From Mytilus trossulus (Eukaryota), in assembly GCF_036588685.1 (NCBI RefSeq), contig NC_086373.1, positions 47,492,001 through 47,556,000 of the forward strand: a stretch of 64,000 bases of DNA. Direction: 5' to 3'. Shown here piece after piece: positions 28,979 through 40,906 of the stretch. The notes under the pieces were generated by a model. That model had not been told where the DNA came from. It did not search any database and worked only from the letters and a program-made list of their open reading frames with translations. Made by a program: the position numbers and the translations under genes. Positions within the stretch are counted from its first letter, which is position 1. Each line of letters begins with the position of its first letter.

Positions 28979-30037
28979 GTTGAGCAGAAAATGTAAGTAG
29001 AGAAAAAGACAAATTTACAATAAAATGACAAACGATCTAGCGAACATCGTGTATAAAAAAAAATAGTATAAAGAAAGAAGGGGAAATTAGGGAAGGGGAA
29101 AGGAACAATGAAAACGTTGACATATTTATCGTTCAATTTAGTGCTCCTACTAAAGGAGGGAGATACGGAACATACATACAATACCAAAGATAAAAATCCT
29201 TGCTGTAACCATGGCTGTAACTAACCGTCCTATACATTTCTAGGAATATGATTGCATGGTTAAAAGCGACCTCGTGGCCTGAGACCGTGTATATATTGTA
29301 TATTAGGTTAGTAGGGAAGCACAATTAACGGACTCGTGTTCACGGGTTGTGGAAGTGCTCATTCGTGCCTGAAAATTATTATTACATGTATATGTTTTTT
29401 AAAGAGGGGGTACGATCGCACCCGACGCACCCAGTCCCCCCCCCCCCCCCCCCCCCCCCCGCACCCCTTTTCCGACGGCCTTGGACTGACAGTCACTGAC
29501 TCAAGTTGTCTCCAAAAAAAACCTATATATGCCTTTACCTGTCATACCAAGGATTTTTATAGTAGCTTACTATACAAATCATTGGTCATACCTAAAATAT
29601 AACGCAAGTACCTTTAAGTTGAAGTTTAACTCGCATTTTGAAAAAAAAATCACTCTGTAGCGATAATTCCTTCATATCATTTCGATTTCTCGGTTGTCAA
29701 CCCCTTTAAAACTTGTTATGCCATAAATCTAAAAAAAAAAAAATCTACACAATGATGTATAACACGCCTACCTTGTTGTCGGAATCATTCGTAGCAGTCC
29801 TACCCAAGTATATCCGCTTGGACCGTAATTATTTTGTCTACCTTAAAAAAAAATGTATGCTAATACAATTAGATTGTATCAGTATATATCTTTATTCTGA
29901 CAAACCTTCGTAAATACAATGGTATAAAGAAGTTACATGTAATAAATAACACAGTTATAAATTAGAGAAAACATAATATGTACACATTTACAAATACATG
30001 TATAAGTTGAGTTTAGCCAGGAGAACACACACATGAA

Positions 30038-33000
30038 TCAATATGCCTTATAAATGTACATAGCTTTTTTAAATATGATTGTTTTTTTCATATTCATTAT
30101 TTCCTTAAATTTAATTATATTTGGATAATCAATATACTTTTTAGCGATATACTTTTGTCTTTCTATAGCCATAAATTTACACTTCATTACATAGTGGAAT
30201 TCATCTCCAAGATCTTTTAAGTCACATAGTTCGCATATTCTTTTATCTCTCTGAATTTTTTTCCATCTTCCACTTTCTATAGGTAATCTGTGGTTAATGA
30301 GTCTAAATTGACACAAAGTATAAATATCACGGGGTTCCAAAATGTCTAAATACTTTTCGAATCCGAAAAGTTCCTTAAAAAGGCGATAATTTAATGTTTT
30401 TGAGCTCGTTTGAATATCTGAGTACCATGTTTGTTTAAATTGATCTTGGAGAGATGTTCTTACAACAGTCTTTAACCAAATTTCATTTACACAAGTTTGA
30501 GATTACCATACATTAGATAAACCAGTTTCATTAAGGATAAATTCTATACATTTCATCCATGCAATAAAATTTAACATTATTTCCATGATATAAACTAAAC
30601 ATTAATTCAGCCATTAATACAGTATCGTCTGCGTAAAGAATTTCAAACAGTTTAACATATATATCTAGTTCGTCTTCTAGGGCATCTGATATAGTTTTTA
30701 AGCCTATCAAATTCCCTTTACAAAAGAAATCTTCCAAATCGTTCAAAAAAAGCGAAAAAAGAAAAGGGGATAAATTCTCCCCTTGGCGTAGACCAATGTT
30801 ACTTGGAAAATAATCAGATTTTTCACCATTGTATGACAGGCATGATTTTATATCAGCGTACATGTTATGAATAATCTTATACATATAACCATTAATATTA
30901 TTTACTAACATCTTATACCATAAAGCATCTCTAGTCACTGTGTCAAATGCTTTCTCAAAATCGACAAAAGCACAGAACATTTTTTTCTTTTTTAATTTCA
31001 AAATTTCAAAAAAGAGTGTAATGTAAAGATACAATCACAAGTTGAGTAACCATTTCGAAATCCACACTGATTTTCATTGAGTAGTAAAACTTCATCAGAG
31101 AATTTTGCAAGTCTATTACTTAAAATAGCTGTAAATAATTTACCCATACAACTTACAATAGTAATGGGTCTATAGTTTTTAGGATCAAACTTATTGCCTT
31201 TGTTTTTATAAAATGGCTTGATCGTTCCAATCACCCAAGATACTGGTACTATTCCAGTTCTAAAAATCAGGTTAAACAATGCAGCATAAACATCAATAAA
31301 AAAATCACCAGAAGTCTTAATATATTCGTTAATAATCATATCATCACCACAAGCTTTGTTATTTTTTAAATTCTTAATACATTTTAATATTTCTTCTTTC
31401 GTAATTGGACTATTCAAATTATCATTCAGTTCACTCATCAAATTTGTATCATTTGTTGGCAAGTCAATTGGATCTGAGTTACCTGAGTTTAGCTCTTTGA
31501 AAAAGTTGAGTAAATCCTCAAAATCAATATTCGGTTGTTTTGAATGTTCGCGTTGGTTCAAAATTTTCCAATACTCTTTGGTGTTTTGAGATCTAAGATT
31601 TTTTAATTTTCGAGCCATATCTTTTTTATGTTTTTTAATAGCCTTGTCCATGACCTTTTTATATCTTTTCTCAGATTCTTTGACTTTATTAGATAATAAA
31701 GGCGAAGGCCTCGCCTTAAGCTTGCGCTTAAATTTCCTATAATTCTGTCTCTCAAATTTACACTCAATGTTAAACCAAGGTTTATCTCCCTTGATTTTGT
31801 ATGCTCGTTTTTTCGGCTTGTCTGATCTTGTTCCTAAAGTTTCCCTTGCGGATTCTATAAGAATTAATCCGATCTCATCCACAAAAGAGTTTATCATGTC
31901 ATCATTAATACTTTCCAAATTAACATTTACTTAATCATGTAATAAACTGTCTAGTTTTTCAAAATTTAAATTCTCTCTAAATTCAGGTTTTCTTTTCGTG
32001 ATCCAATTTATTAACTTTTTTATTTGGTTGGCTAGTAAAATTATTCTGTTCAATGCTTTCTTTTACAGATTGATTACAATTCAAACATATAAACAATGGA
32101 CAATGTACATCTGAATACAAATGCGAAAATTCTAAAACGTCCAAACTAATAATGTTTTTAATAAAATTAACATTACATAAGCAGTAGTCTACTACACTTG
32201 CATTTCTACAGGTAAATTTTCCAGCTATATCAGTAGCTAGTCTTCCATTCATAATAAATAAACTGTTACATTTACATAACTCAAGTAATTGATTACCGTA
32301 ACGGTTTTTTCCTTTGTCCATACTATTACGATCTATAGGTATATTAAAAAGGTTAAGGTTACATACATCATTAACAGATACACATTCTAACTCATCACTT
32401 TTGTCATTTTCGTCAATAAAAATATAATCTTTCTCACTGGCCGTGCGGGCGTTAAAATCCCCGACCATAAATATATTGTCATATTTGGATGAGAGTTCTA
32501 GGTACTTGCTTTCAATTTCACCGAAAGCATCAGGTGACGAATAATCAGTGTATTCTGGTGGTATGTACACAACACCGAGAATAACAACCCCATCTTTGAA
32601 TAATCTTGAAATCTTACACCACAGAACAAATTTACTATTTGTCTCAATTACTTGAATACAGTCAGAAATATTTTCCCTAAACCCGAGTACAATACCACCG
32701 GATTTCACTCTAGATATCTTACGTCTATTTTTTGCTTTTATCTTATATCCCGGTATACAAATTTCATCCATATCGTCAGTTTTGGACTCAACAAAGCATA
32801 AAATTTCATGTTTTTGTAATAAAGTTTCGAATTCTGGGTATTGTAACTTATGTTTTAATCCACAACAATTAATGTAAATGAGATTTATGTTTTGAATATT
32901 TGTAGCTTTTGCCTGAGACTGATATAAAGATTCACTGCTAGGAGCATTTTGATTCTCATCATCTAAAATATTTGCATTTTCAATCTCAACATTTACATCA

Positions 33001-33272
33001 AATATCATATTAATCTGATCATATATTTCATCAGTACATGTATTACCCCCTACAGGTATATTACTAGGTGTTATATCTATTGTATTATAATCATTAGTAC
33101 ATAAGTTTATAACATTATATTGTTGCCCACTAAATATATTACAATCAGTCACACCATTTATTAGATTACTGTTTTCAATATGAACATCATTGGCACTTAT
33201 ATTTACATTGTCAATTTCTCTACATTTAACACCAGATTCATGACTTGAGTTCAGAGTGTTTAGGTGGTGCAC
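30038..33272 (-). pseudogene. Retrotransposon ORF2 (endonuclease-reverse transcriptase), frameshifted and internally deleted
   Basis: EN motifs NCCGL, ESK, GDFNAR, VDY, SDVHCP (31983-33272); RT motifs NYRPIT, NQCGFR, FVDFEKAFD, GLRQGENLSP, YADD (30608-31918); C-x2-C..EFH..C knuckle (30038-30340). Split into four ORFs. Confidence 0.92.
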
Positions 33273-33284
33273 TCCTTGGCGCTC

Positions 33285-34304
33285 CTACCATCTTGAAGGG
33301 GTTGAGCTCGTGCGAGGCCGTTTTGTGGATCTGCGATCTCCTTGTGAGTTTGGCGTCGAGTGTTCGTTTCCAGGTGTGGCATCGTTACGTTCTTCTGGGT
33401 GTACTTGGCGATCAAATGTGTCGATGTCATCATGTATCTCGTACAGTTCATTGTCGATATAGAGTCGGTCGCGAACAAGTTTCACATTTCTTCTATTGTA
33501 CTTTGCTTCCTTCATGATTGGATACAATTTTTTCCTTCTGTCTTCTATTTCTTTCGGAAACTGCTGTTTGATACCATACCTAGTATTGTGTAACCTGTAA
33601 GCATTTTCTAGTACATACTGCAAATCGGCTTGATATAGAAATCGTGTGACGATTGGGTTCATACCACGCTGACTTCGTCCAAAACGATGGACATTACCAA
33701 ATTCAATTTGGTAATCAATACCAATTTCAGTATGGAGGAAACCTCGGAGAAGTTCTTCAGTGTTTTCATCTCTTATCCCATAAAGACCAGTAAAGATGAG
33801 ATTGTTCTTCATAGACCGACAAGATAAGTCAAGCACTCTTTCCTTGAGATTCTCTAGTTCATCTTGGCAGTTACATTCAGTGGAAGTTCTACCTTGTGAC
33901 TTTATTTCAGAAATGTCTTTGGAAACCTTATTTATGCTTGATTTGGTTTTGTCAATTTCACTGGAATTCTTGTCATTGAGGCTCTTGTTTTTATCACATT
34001 GAGATTTTAGATTATCGAATAAATTTCCTACTCCTTGTATGTTGTTTTCAAGTTCGGTTATTTTGCCTTGGCATGTTTGTAAGCCTTTTTCGTTTGTAAT
34101 AACTCTACTTGTCAGAGATGTAATAATATTTTTTATTTCTCCAAATTTGTCAATGCCTTTTTCGACCGACTGTAATCTTTTATCAATGCTTGATACTAGG
34201 TTTATAAAAGTGTTTAAAAGTAGGGGTACGCTTTGGTTCTCCCCATTTTCTTCTACAATCTTTCTACTCTCCTCCAAGAGCTGACGTGTTTCACTAAGTG
34301 ACAT
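33285..34304 (-). CDS. Retrotransposon ORF1p (coiled coil + RRM + CTD, L1/Tnp_22-like)
   Basis: Uninterrupted frame (open from 34406; likely start MSLSET at 34304), long heptad region, then RSMKNNLIFTGL, HRFG and QQFPKEIEDRRKKL motifs. Confidence 0.85.
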   Translation of the reverse strand: MSLSETRQLLEESRKIVEENGENQSVPLLLNTFINLVSSIDKRLQSVEKGIDKFGEIKNIITSLTSRVITNEKGLQTCQGKITELENNIQGVGNLFDNLKSQCDKNKSLNDKNSSEIDKTKSSINKVSKDISEIKSQGRTSTECNCQDELENLKERVLDLSCRSMKNNLIFTGLYGIRDENTEELLRGFLHTEIGIDYQIEFGNVHRFGRSQRGMNPIVTRFLYQADLQYVLENAYRLHNTRYGIKQQFPKEIEDRRKKLYPIMKEAKYNRRNVKLVRDRLYIDNELYEIHDDIDTFDRQVHPEERNDATPGNEHSTPNSQGDRRSTKRPRTSSTPSRW

Positions 34305-34719
34305 TATGTATATGGGTTTTAGAATTATAGATGAACGTATGGTCAAGTGGTCAACAAGGTCCAAAGTCCAAAGTCCAATTTCGATGACCGATTGTAACAC
34401 CTCCATTACGTTAAGGGGACATCACTCCTTCAGTCTTCAGAAATATGTTATTTTTATTTCAATTCTGTGTAGTTTAAAATCTGTTTAGTTCCAGACTGAC
34501 TTTCTTTAAGTTCTTATAAGCTTGTGGATTCTAATAACATTCGCCATCGTCTTTTTCTCAGAATTACTTCCATAACCTAGAATTAAGAGTCGCTTTTATA
34601 AAATTCAAAGAAAGAATAGACTGTGTAAACTGTGTCTCTTGAAAGAAAATAAAACACTCTCGGTTTGAACCGTTACTAAAAGAGATGCGATAGAAACCAA
34701 AATGACTCTCAAACTCATT

Positions 34720-35075
34720 CAATCGAAAACAACCCGACGCCGGCAAAGGAATGGCAAACAACACTAAACAAAAACGATTGAAGGACAAACAACGGTTTAC
34801 AAATCACGATAGAGGAAAGACTGAGCAGTTCGAATCCTAATTCTAAATAGTGTCCGTAAAGTATTCGGAGAGATGATTTGAACTTCACCACTTGAAACTT
34901 CTGGTTTAATAGCTTCCTAATAAACAGCAACCCTCTAAAAAGGTTATATGGATTCGAAATGCAAGATCTAGAATATCATAGCAACTGCGAAATATATACT
35001 CCACATGCAGGTGCTGTTGGAAAGTTGCTAAAAAGAAATGGAAAGTTCACGATTTGGAAGCTGACAATCTTTGTC
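34720..35075 (-). mobile_element. Penelope-like RT C-terminal remnant
   Basis: Translation SFQIVNFPFLFSNFPTAPACGVYISQLL*YSRSC..RGLLFIRKLLNQKFQVVKFKSSLRILYG matches the PLE thumb-region motif VNFPFL.SNIP..PAYGVYISQLIRY. Confidence 0.8.
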
Positions 35076-36294
35076 AATTTCTATAGATGCAAGTCTAAAA
35101 TATGAAACACATTTAACTGTATCTGTTGTATACTTTATTTCAATTTCGATGTAAAATCAACAAAAATCTTCTTTAAAATCTGTTGGAAAATGTTTAATCT
35201 ACCGAACATGTCTCAGAAAAGGAGAAGAAGTGCTAAAATCTACTACCATTGAACATGTAAAAATCATTTACTCCTTTTTTAACTGTGATTAGAACTCGAT
35301 ATATTCTCAATAATTGAAATGCTATTTCTTTGTTATATTTTGATTGTATTCTTTGTCACTAATAACCGTTTGTGTATACTAGCAAAAATAAAGTATCATT
35401 ATCATCTTGCTTTGAGTTGGAATGTTCCTCGTATTAGATCTAACTTTTTGTTGAGATGTCTTTGTCTGTTGTTGTTTTTTTTGTTTTTTTTCTTATCATT
35501 ACAAGTGTTTGGTGTACATGAAATTTGTAAATCAGGCCGTTGCTTTATAGATCCTAAACTTCGATTTTTCCTTTTTCTTTGCAGACGTTTGTCAAAACGT
35601 TGTTTTGGTTGTCTCTGCTTGGTCGTATTTTCACCCAAAAATGTATTGCGCGAATATTTTGCATGACTATAGTTTGTGTTAAATTTAGTAATTCACTGTT
35701 TTGGTGTTGCTTTGTATAATCTGTCGACCCTTTCACATGCACTTAATGAAACATGTAGTGGATTGTAGGATTTTCTCCTCTAACAAATCCAACATACTCC
35801 AAACAAGAAGTTGTAAGTCTTGATAACTATAATTTCATCTCGATTCATATTAGTCGACACATTAGTCAGCGTTTCGTGGTCAGACTCATTTGGTCAGACT
35901 GCAAGTTGTAGAAAGTTCTTGAAAGCTTATCATAGCGTATATAATAACTTATCATTAAACCCCAACGTATGCACCATCTCTATATGTATTCGGTCAAACC
36001 CTAAAACTTATAATCTTTGATTTGTAGTAAATATGGGAAACTTTTACCACAAATTTTCAGCTCGGTTCAGAAATGAAACTCGACTTGCTAAATTTTTTTC
36101 CAGATGGGAGTGACACTACTACATATTATTTTCAAAACTTCAAAATAAAAGGATTTCCTACCTCAGAAATAGAATAACCTTTATTGTACATTTGCGTCCT
36201 TCGACATCATAACAATTGTTTCGCTATTTTGCCTTTTGATCTTTTTTTTATTCGATCGTCATTGATTAGTCTTTTGTTGACGAAACGCTCTTTT

Positions 36295-37570
36295 TACGGG
36301 GCGCCGAATGGGACTCGTGTGGTTTTGTACAAAATTCAATTCTGTCATAACAAAATCATTTTTGTCTTACAAAACTTTGTGCTACAGACTTGTTTTGTGA
36401 GAACTTCAATTTTGTGATGACAAAATTCATTTGTGTAGACAAAATTCATTTTTGTAGACAAAATTCATATTTGTCATGACAAAAGTCAATTTTGTCTAAA
36501 AGGTATGCAAATTGCATACAAAATTGACTTTTGTTACCTGATATGGAAATTAAATCACAAAAGTCAATTGTGTGAGGTAAGATTCAATTTTGTGAGACAA
36601 AATTAACTTTTGTGAGACAAAATTGACTTTTGTGAGACAAAATTCAATTTTGCGAGACAAAATTCAATTTTGTCAATTTTGTTGAGACAAAAGTCAATTT
36701 GTTAATTTTGTTGAGACAAAAGTCAATTTTGTCAATTTTGTTGAGACAAAAGTCAATTTTGTTAATTTTGTTGAGACAAAAGTCAATTTTGTAAATTTTG
36801 TTGAGACAAAAATCAATTTTGTCAATTTTGTTGAGACAAAAATCAATTTTGTCAATTTTGTTGAGACAAAAGTCAATTTTGTTAATTTTGTTGAGACAAA
36901 AGTCAATTTTGTCAATTTTGTTGAGACAAAAGTCAATTTTGTCAATTTTGTTGAGACAAAAGTCAATTTTGTCAATTTTGTTGAGACAAAAGTCAATTTT
37001 GTGACGACAAAATTCATTTTTGTGACGACAAAATTCAATTTTGTAACAACAAAATTGACTTTTGTGAGACAAAATTGACAAAATTGACTTTTGTGAGACA
37101 AAATTGACTTTTGTTGAGACAAAAATCAATTTTGTCTCACAAAAGTCAATTTTGTCAATTTTGTTGAGACAAAAGTCAATTTTGTCAATTTTGTCTCACA
37201 AAAGTCGATTTTGTCTCACAAAAGTCGATTTTGTCTCACAAAAGTGGATTTTGTGTAACAAAAGTCGATTTTGTATGCAAATTAGTTCACAGAAACCAAA
37301 CTAAACTAATTTGAATACAAAATTGACTTTTGTCTCCCAATTTTCAAATTAGGTAACAAAAGTCAAGTCTGTGTAACAAAAATGAATTTTGTCATGACAA
37401 AAGTGACTTTTGTCCGCTGATAGATAATTTTGTATGACAAAATTTTAAATTTGTAGTATGATACAAATTTTGTTAAACTGAACTCATTTTTGTTAAACAA
37501 AAGTCACTTTTGTCCGTACAAAATTGAATTTTGAGTACAAAACCACAAGAGTCCCATTCGGCGCCCCGTA
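36295..37570. mobile_element. Foldback-type non-autonomous DNA transposon with 36-bp TIRs, 5-bp TSD and an internal minisatellite
   Basis: TIRs TACGGGGCGCCGAATGGGACTCGTGTGGTTTTGTAC / GTACAAAACCACAAGAGTCCCATTCGGCGCCCCGTA; CTTTT is duplicated at 36290-36294 and 37571-37575. Confidence 0.9.
36580..37275. repeat. Minisatellite array (30-bp unit CAATTTTGTCAATTTTGTTGAGACAAAAGT and 20-bp variants)
   Basis: About ten consecutive 30-bp units at 36665-36980, flanked by 20-bp variants whose orientation flips near 37130. Confidence 0.95.
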
Positions 37571-38109
37571 CTTTTGGCGTATACGATTCTAATCCTGGTA
37601 TCTTCATGACGAATTTATAGTTCTTTAAACTAAGAAAATTCACACATCTTATCTTATAAACTTAACGAATACAGAACGAATAAATAAGCAACAAGTCGAG
37701 CACGGAGACGGGAAAGTACGCGATAAAAGGGTAATTTCACCTCGCTGATCCCATAACTAACAACAGAGACAGTAAAATAAAATATAAGAAACTAAGCATG
37801 AAAAAAGTTCAACGTATATAAAAAACGAATAAGGAATTAATAAATAATAGAGTATCAGTCGAGTGCGGAAACGGGAACGCATGCGTCAACAGGATATGTT
37901 AGCCTCCTTGAACCAATAACTAATGTTCAGCAGTCAAGAAAACAGAAGAAAGCATTTAAACGGATCGATAGCAAACAAGTAATAGCGAATTATAACGGAT
38001 AAGTAGCGAATAAGTAACAGGGTACATTTATGAGTCAAGTTCAGCACAGAGACTGATATATAGGTGCATGGCACCAACGTAAACAAACATCGAAGAACTT
38101 AATTAACAT

Positions 38110-38280
38110 TACCAAAATCGTTATTGTATTGTTGAATGTTCGATGTGCGTTTACGTTTACATGAACAAAATCATCGTTGAATGTTCGATGAGCGTTTTCG
38201 TTTACATGACTGAAATCATTGTTGAATGTTTGATGTGCGTTTACGTTTACATGATCAAAATCATCGTTGAATGTTCGAAT
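38110..38280. repeat. 39-bp tandem repeat (about 4 copies)
   Basis: CGTTTACATGA.CAAAATCATCGTTGAATGTTCGATG.GCGTTT unit; related units recur at 41765-41935. Confidence 0.85.
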
Positions 38281-38599
38281 AATCTGAAATATTTAACCAA
38301 AATTGATTTTTCGGATCGTAAAAAATCACGTACCGCTTTTTGAAGATCGTGAAAAGGATCGTGAAAGATCAGATGCTACGAAGACGTTCAAATTATTCTT
38401 CAATTGAGAAAAATGAGAAGTTGGCCAAGATCCTCAATAAATTTAAGCATTTCAAAGTATTAATATTACAAAGAAATAGCTACGACAATAAGAAAAAACA
38501 GTGGTAAAAAAAAACGCCGAAAAAAGCAATCCTGTGAAGGTGAGCCAATGACACAGATTGAAGATGCAGATAACATTGCAGAAACAACACACAAATCTT

Positions 38600-39310
38600 G
38601 TGAAGATGATGCGGAAATGAATTAGATTGTGAAGTTATTGCCAATTGCAATTAAAGAATAACAAAGTTTGGATTTCTACAGTATCTTTTGATGTTGTTCA
38701 TTCTAATAGCAAATAAGAAATTTGACTTTTCAAATATTTGCTTTTTATTGTTTTGTGACATTTTGAAGTTTTAGAGTACACCACAACAATATCAATGCGA
38801 TATTCCCAAGTAGTTCTGGTACATTCGCAAAATTCTTTTTCGTGGACGTTTCCAAAGGTTTATGTCAGGATATAAAAGCACTGGCCAATCATGTCATACA
38901 ATCAAAGGAATTTATGATCCCGACAACGCTCTTATCAGTTTTGCCGTTTCCAGGCATATTCATATCTAGACTTTTTAAACACTGATCTGAATCTACCCGA
39001 TATTAAAGGACCCGGTAAATTTGATTTCAACGAATCGATCCAATTCTTTTGAACTCACATTTGATGGAAAGAAATTGGCACCAGGTTTGCCAACTGATTC
39101 TGGTGACGTCGATTTTCTTGGATACGAAGAAATACCACTGAAAATTAAACAGGAGCAATTTCAAACCATGTATAAACTGATAATGGATTTATATGATCGT
39201 CTAAAACATTTCGAAGACTCAGTTCTAAGCCAACTAGATAAGAATGAAATTATTACAAGCTTAAGATATGTATCTTTCAATCTCAATCTTGCGACTAAAG
39301 GCATGGAGGT
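38600..39310 (+). pseudogene. Degenerate coding remnant, probably from a large DNA transposon
   Basis: Broken-frame protein-like translation FLLFCDILKF..SMRYSQ..FWYIRKILFRGRFQRFMSGYKSTGQ...FELTFDGKKLAPGLPTDSGDVDFLGYEE. Flanked by inverted clusters of GATCGTGAAAGA motifs (38310-38372 versus 41175-41665). Family not identified. Confidence 0.45.
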
Positions 39311-39415
39311 ATGTCCAAGACACAATGTACTTACGATATCAATCAACGATATCGTATCGATATCAATTTTAATTTAATCACTATACCCTATTCATCTACA
39401 TCTTCAGTTACCATG

Positions 39416-39537
39416 GGTTGAGTTCAATATCGTAGCAGCTATGTAGTGATGCGTAGATTTTGACAATTGAACGTGTAGCTATATGCTACATAGATATTGA
39501 TATCAGCTTCGTAGCTGCTACACTATTGAACTCAACC
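39416..39537. mobile_element. Small palindromic MITE
   Basis: GGTTGAGTTCAATA..GTAGCAGCTA / TAGCTGCTAC..TATTGAACTCAACC. Confidence 0.65.
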
Positions 39538-40325
39538 AGGTTCTTCTCTATGTGTGGATATCGACGATATAGACGATATAGACTAGATATCGACATTCCA
39601 ATTCCCCTCGTCATTTGTTGCTTTGAATCATGTTTGTTAAATGTCTTTAACTAATGTCGATATCGATGATGTCGATCGATATCGACATTTAAATATTCCC
39701 TCGTAATGTGAGAAATTACTTTTGTACTTTCAGTACGTTTCAAACAACCCTTTGATTATGTTGTCGATGTCGTCCATATCCACGATATCGATTCGATATC
39801 AACATTTAAATTTCCCTTGTAATGTGCAGCATCCTTTATTTACTTTGCATAGATTTAAGTTGTTTTCATCGTAAAGTAGAGTATCAACGATATTGACATC
39901 TGGATATGTCTTATTTTGTCATGGATGTTTAAAATAAACATCTATATCGATTCGATATCGTGTCGGCATTGGTGTACGAGATGTTTGTAGAGATCTGTAT
40001 GGCATGAACCATTGACAATCTTAAGCGTATTTGAGACTTCTAATAAAACCCTTAAAGGCCTTAATATTACAGACGTTCAAAAAATATACTATCATAAGTA
40101 AAGCAGACGAGACATTTCAGCTTTTGCGCTCTGGTATTCTCTGGTGCGTAGTATATAGTTATCTCATTGGAAATCAATCCACATCTGCTACGTTGTATAT
40201 AAAGTTACATAGAACTTAAGAAAGTACTGTTGCACAAAATGTTGGTTACCGTTCAATCTCAAATTGTTCATGAAAGATGCTGTTTTTGTTATAAGTTTTT
40301 GGTTGATGGTTAACATTTTGGTTTA

Positions 40326-40906
40326 GGTAGCACTCCACAGTTAGGTGTGTAGTTTCGCATTTTGGCCCCTGTGGATTTTTCAAATATGAGAGCTAGTGTG
40401 CAATAAAATTCATTTTTGGATAGCTGAGTATTAAAATAGCCTTTGTATTAGGTTTATATGAACATCAAGGTTATGTAATGTATGTAATATAGGCTGTTTT
40501 CTGTATGACAGTCCGTATTTGCATGTCCATACCATACATTGGTCCGGCAATTATTGCAATGTTTTTTTCCAACTTTTTATCGCACGAACTTTGTGATTGG
40601 ATTTTACGAAAAATGAGGCGAAAGACACCCAATTTTTATTTGATCATAAGGAAGATTTAAGAAAACAGTTTCTAAAAAAGTATCACTCAAAGGCATTGAA
40701 ATTCTAGTTTGATCCAAATTTTGGGGGGATATATGACATGTTCACCCCCCTTTTTGCAATATTCTATGGTAAATAAATGCAGAATGTTGCCATGGATACA
40801 CATGAAAGGAATTAACTTTCATCCTTTTAACTTTTGAAAATTGAATCTATGGAAGATACTGATTACATACATATGCACATGTACAACACAACTGTGGAGT
40901 GCTACC
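40326..40906. mobile_element. Kolobok-like non-autonomous DNA transposon
   Basis: TIRs GGTAGCACTCCACAGTT / AACTGTGGAGTGCTACC; flanks TTTA (left) and TTAA (right). Purine-purine termini with a TTAA target are characteristic of Kolobok. Confidence 0.7.

Larger units (their letters stand above)
29880..34500 (-). mobile_element. Near full-length non-LTR retrotransposon (ORF1 plus EN-RT-CCHC ORF2; RTEX/L2-group-like), disrupted
   Basis: ORF1, APE endonuclease, RT and C-terminal zinc knuckle occur in order, with AATAAA near the 3' end (about 29890). Boundaries are approximate and the clade is uncertain. Confidence 0.92.
36155..37618 (+). mobile_element. Degenerate retrozyme/hammerhead copy split by an insertion (36155-36294 and 37571-37618)
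   Basis: CTACCTCAG..ATAG, CGTCATTGATTAGTCTTTTGTTGACGAAACGC | TGGCGTATA..TCCTGGTATCT align with 489-672. The catalytic box is mutated to TTGATTA. Confidence 0.8.

Noticed and set aside
29436-29470. Poly-C tract giving a poly-Pro ORF
   Set aside because: Homopolymer within a small repeat remnant; not coding evidence.
31356-34488. Plus-strand ORFs overlapping the retrotransposon
   Set aside because: Antisense shadows of ORF1/ORF2.
35319-35742. Overlapping Lys-rich and Phe-rich ORFs
   Set aside because: Compositional artefacts of an A/T-skewed repeat-derived region.
36644-37304. Repetitive ORFs (DFCLNKIDKI, STKLTKLTFV, RQKSILSILL) and CRISPR-like periodicity
   Set aside because: These are translations of a 30-bp minisatellite. 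There are no unique spacers, no cas genes, and the context is eukaryotic.
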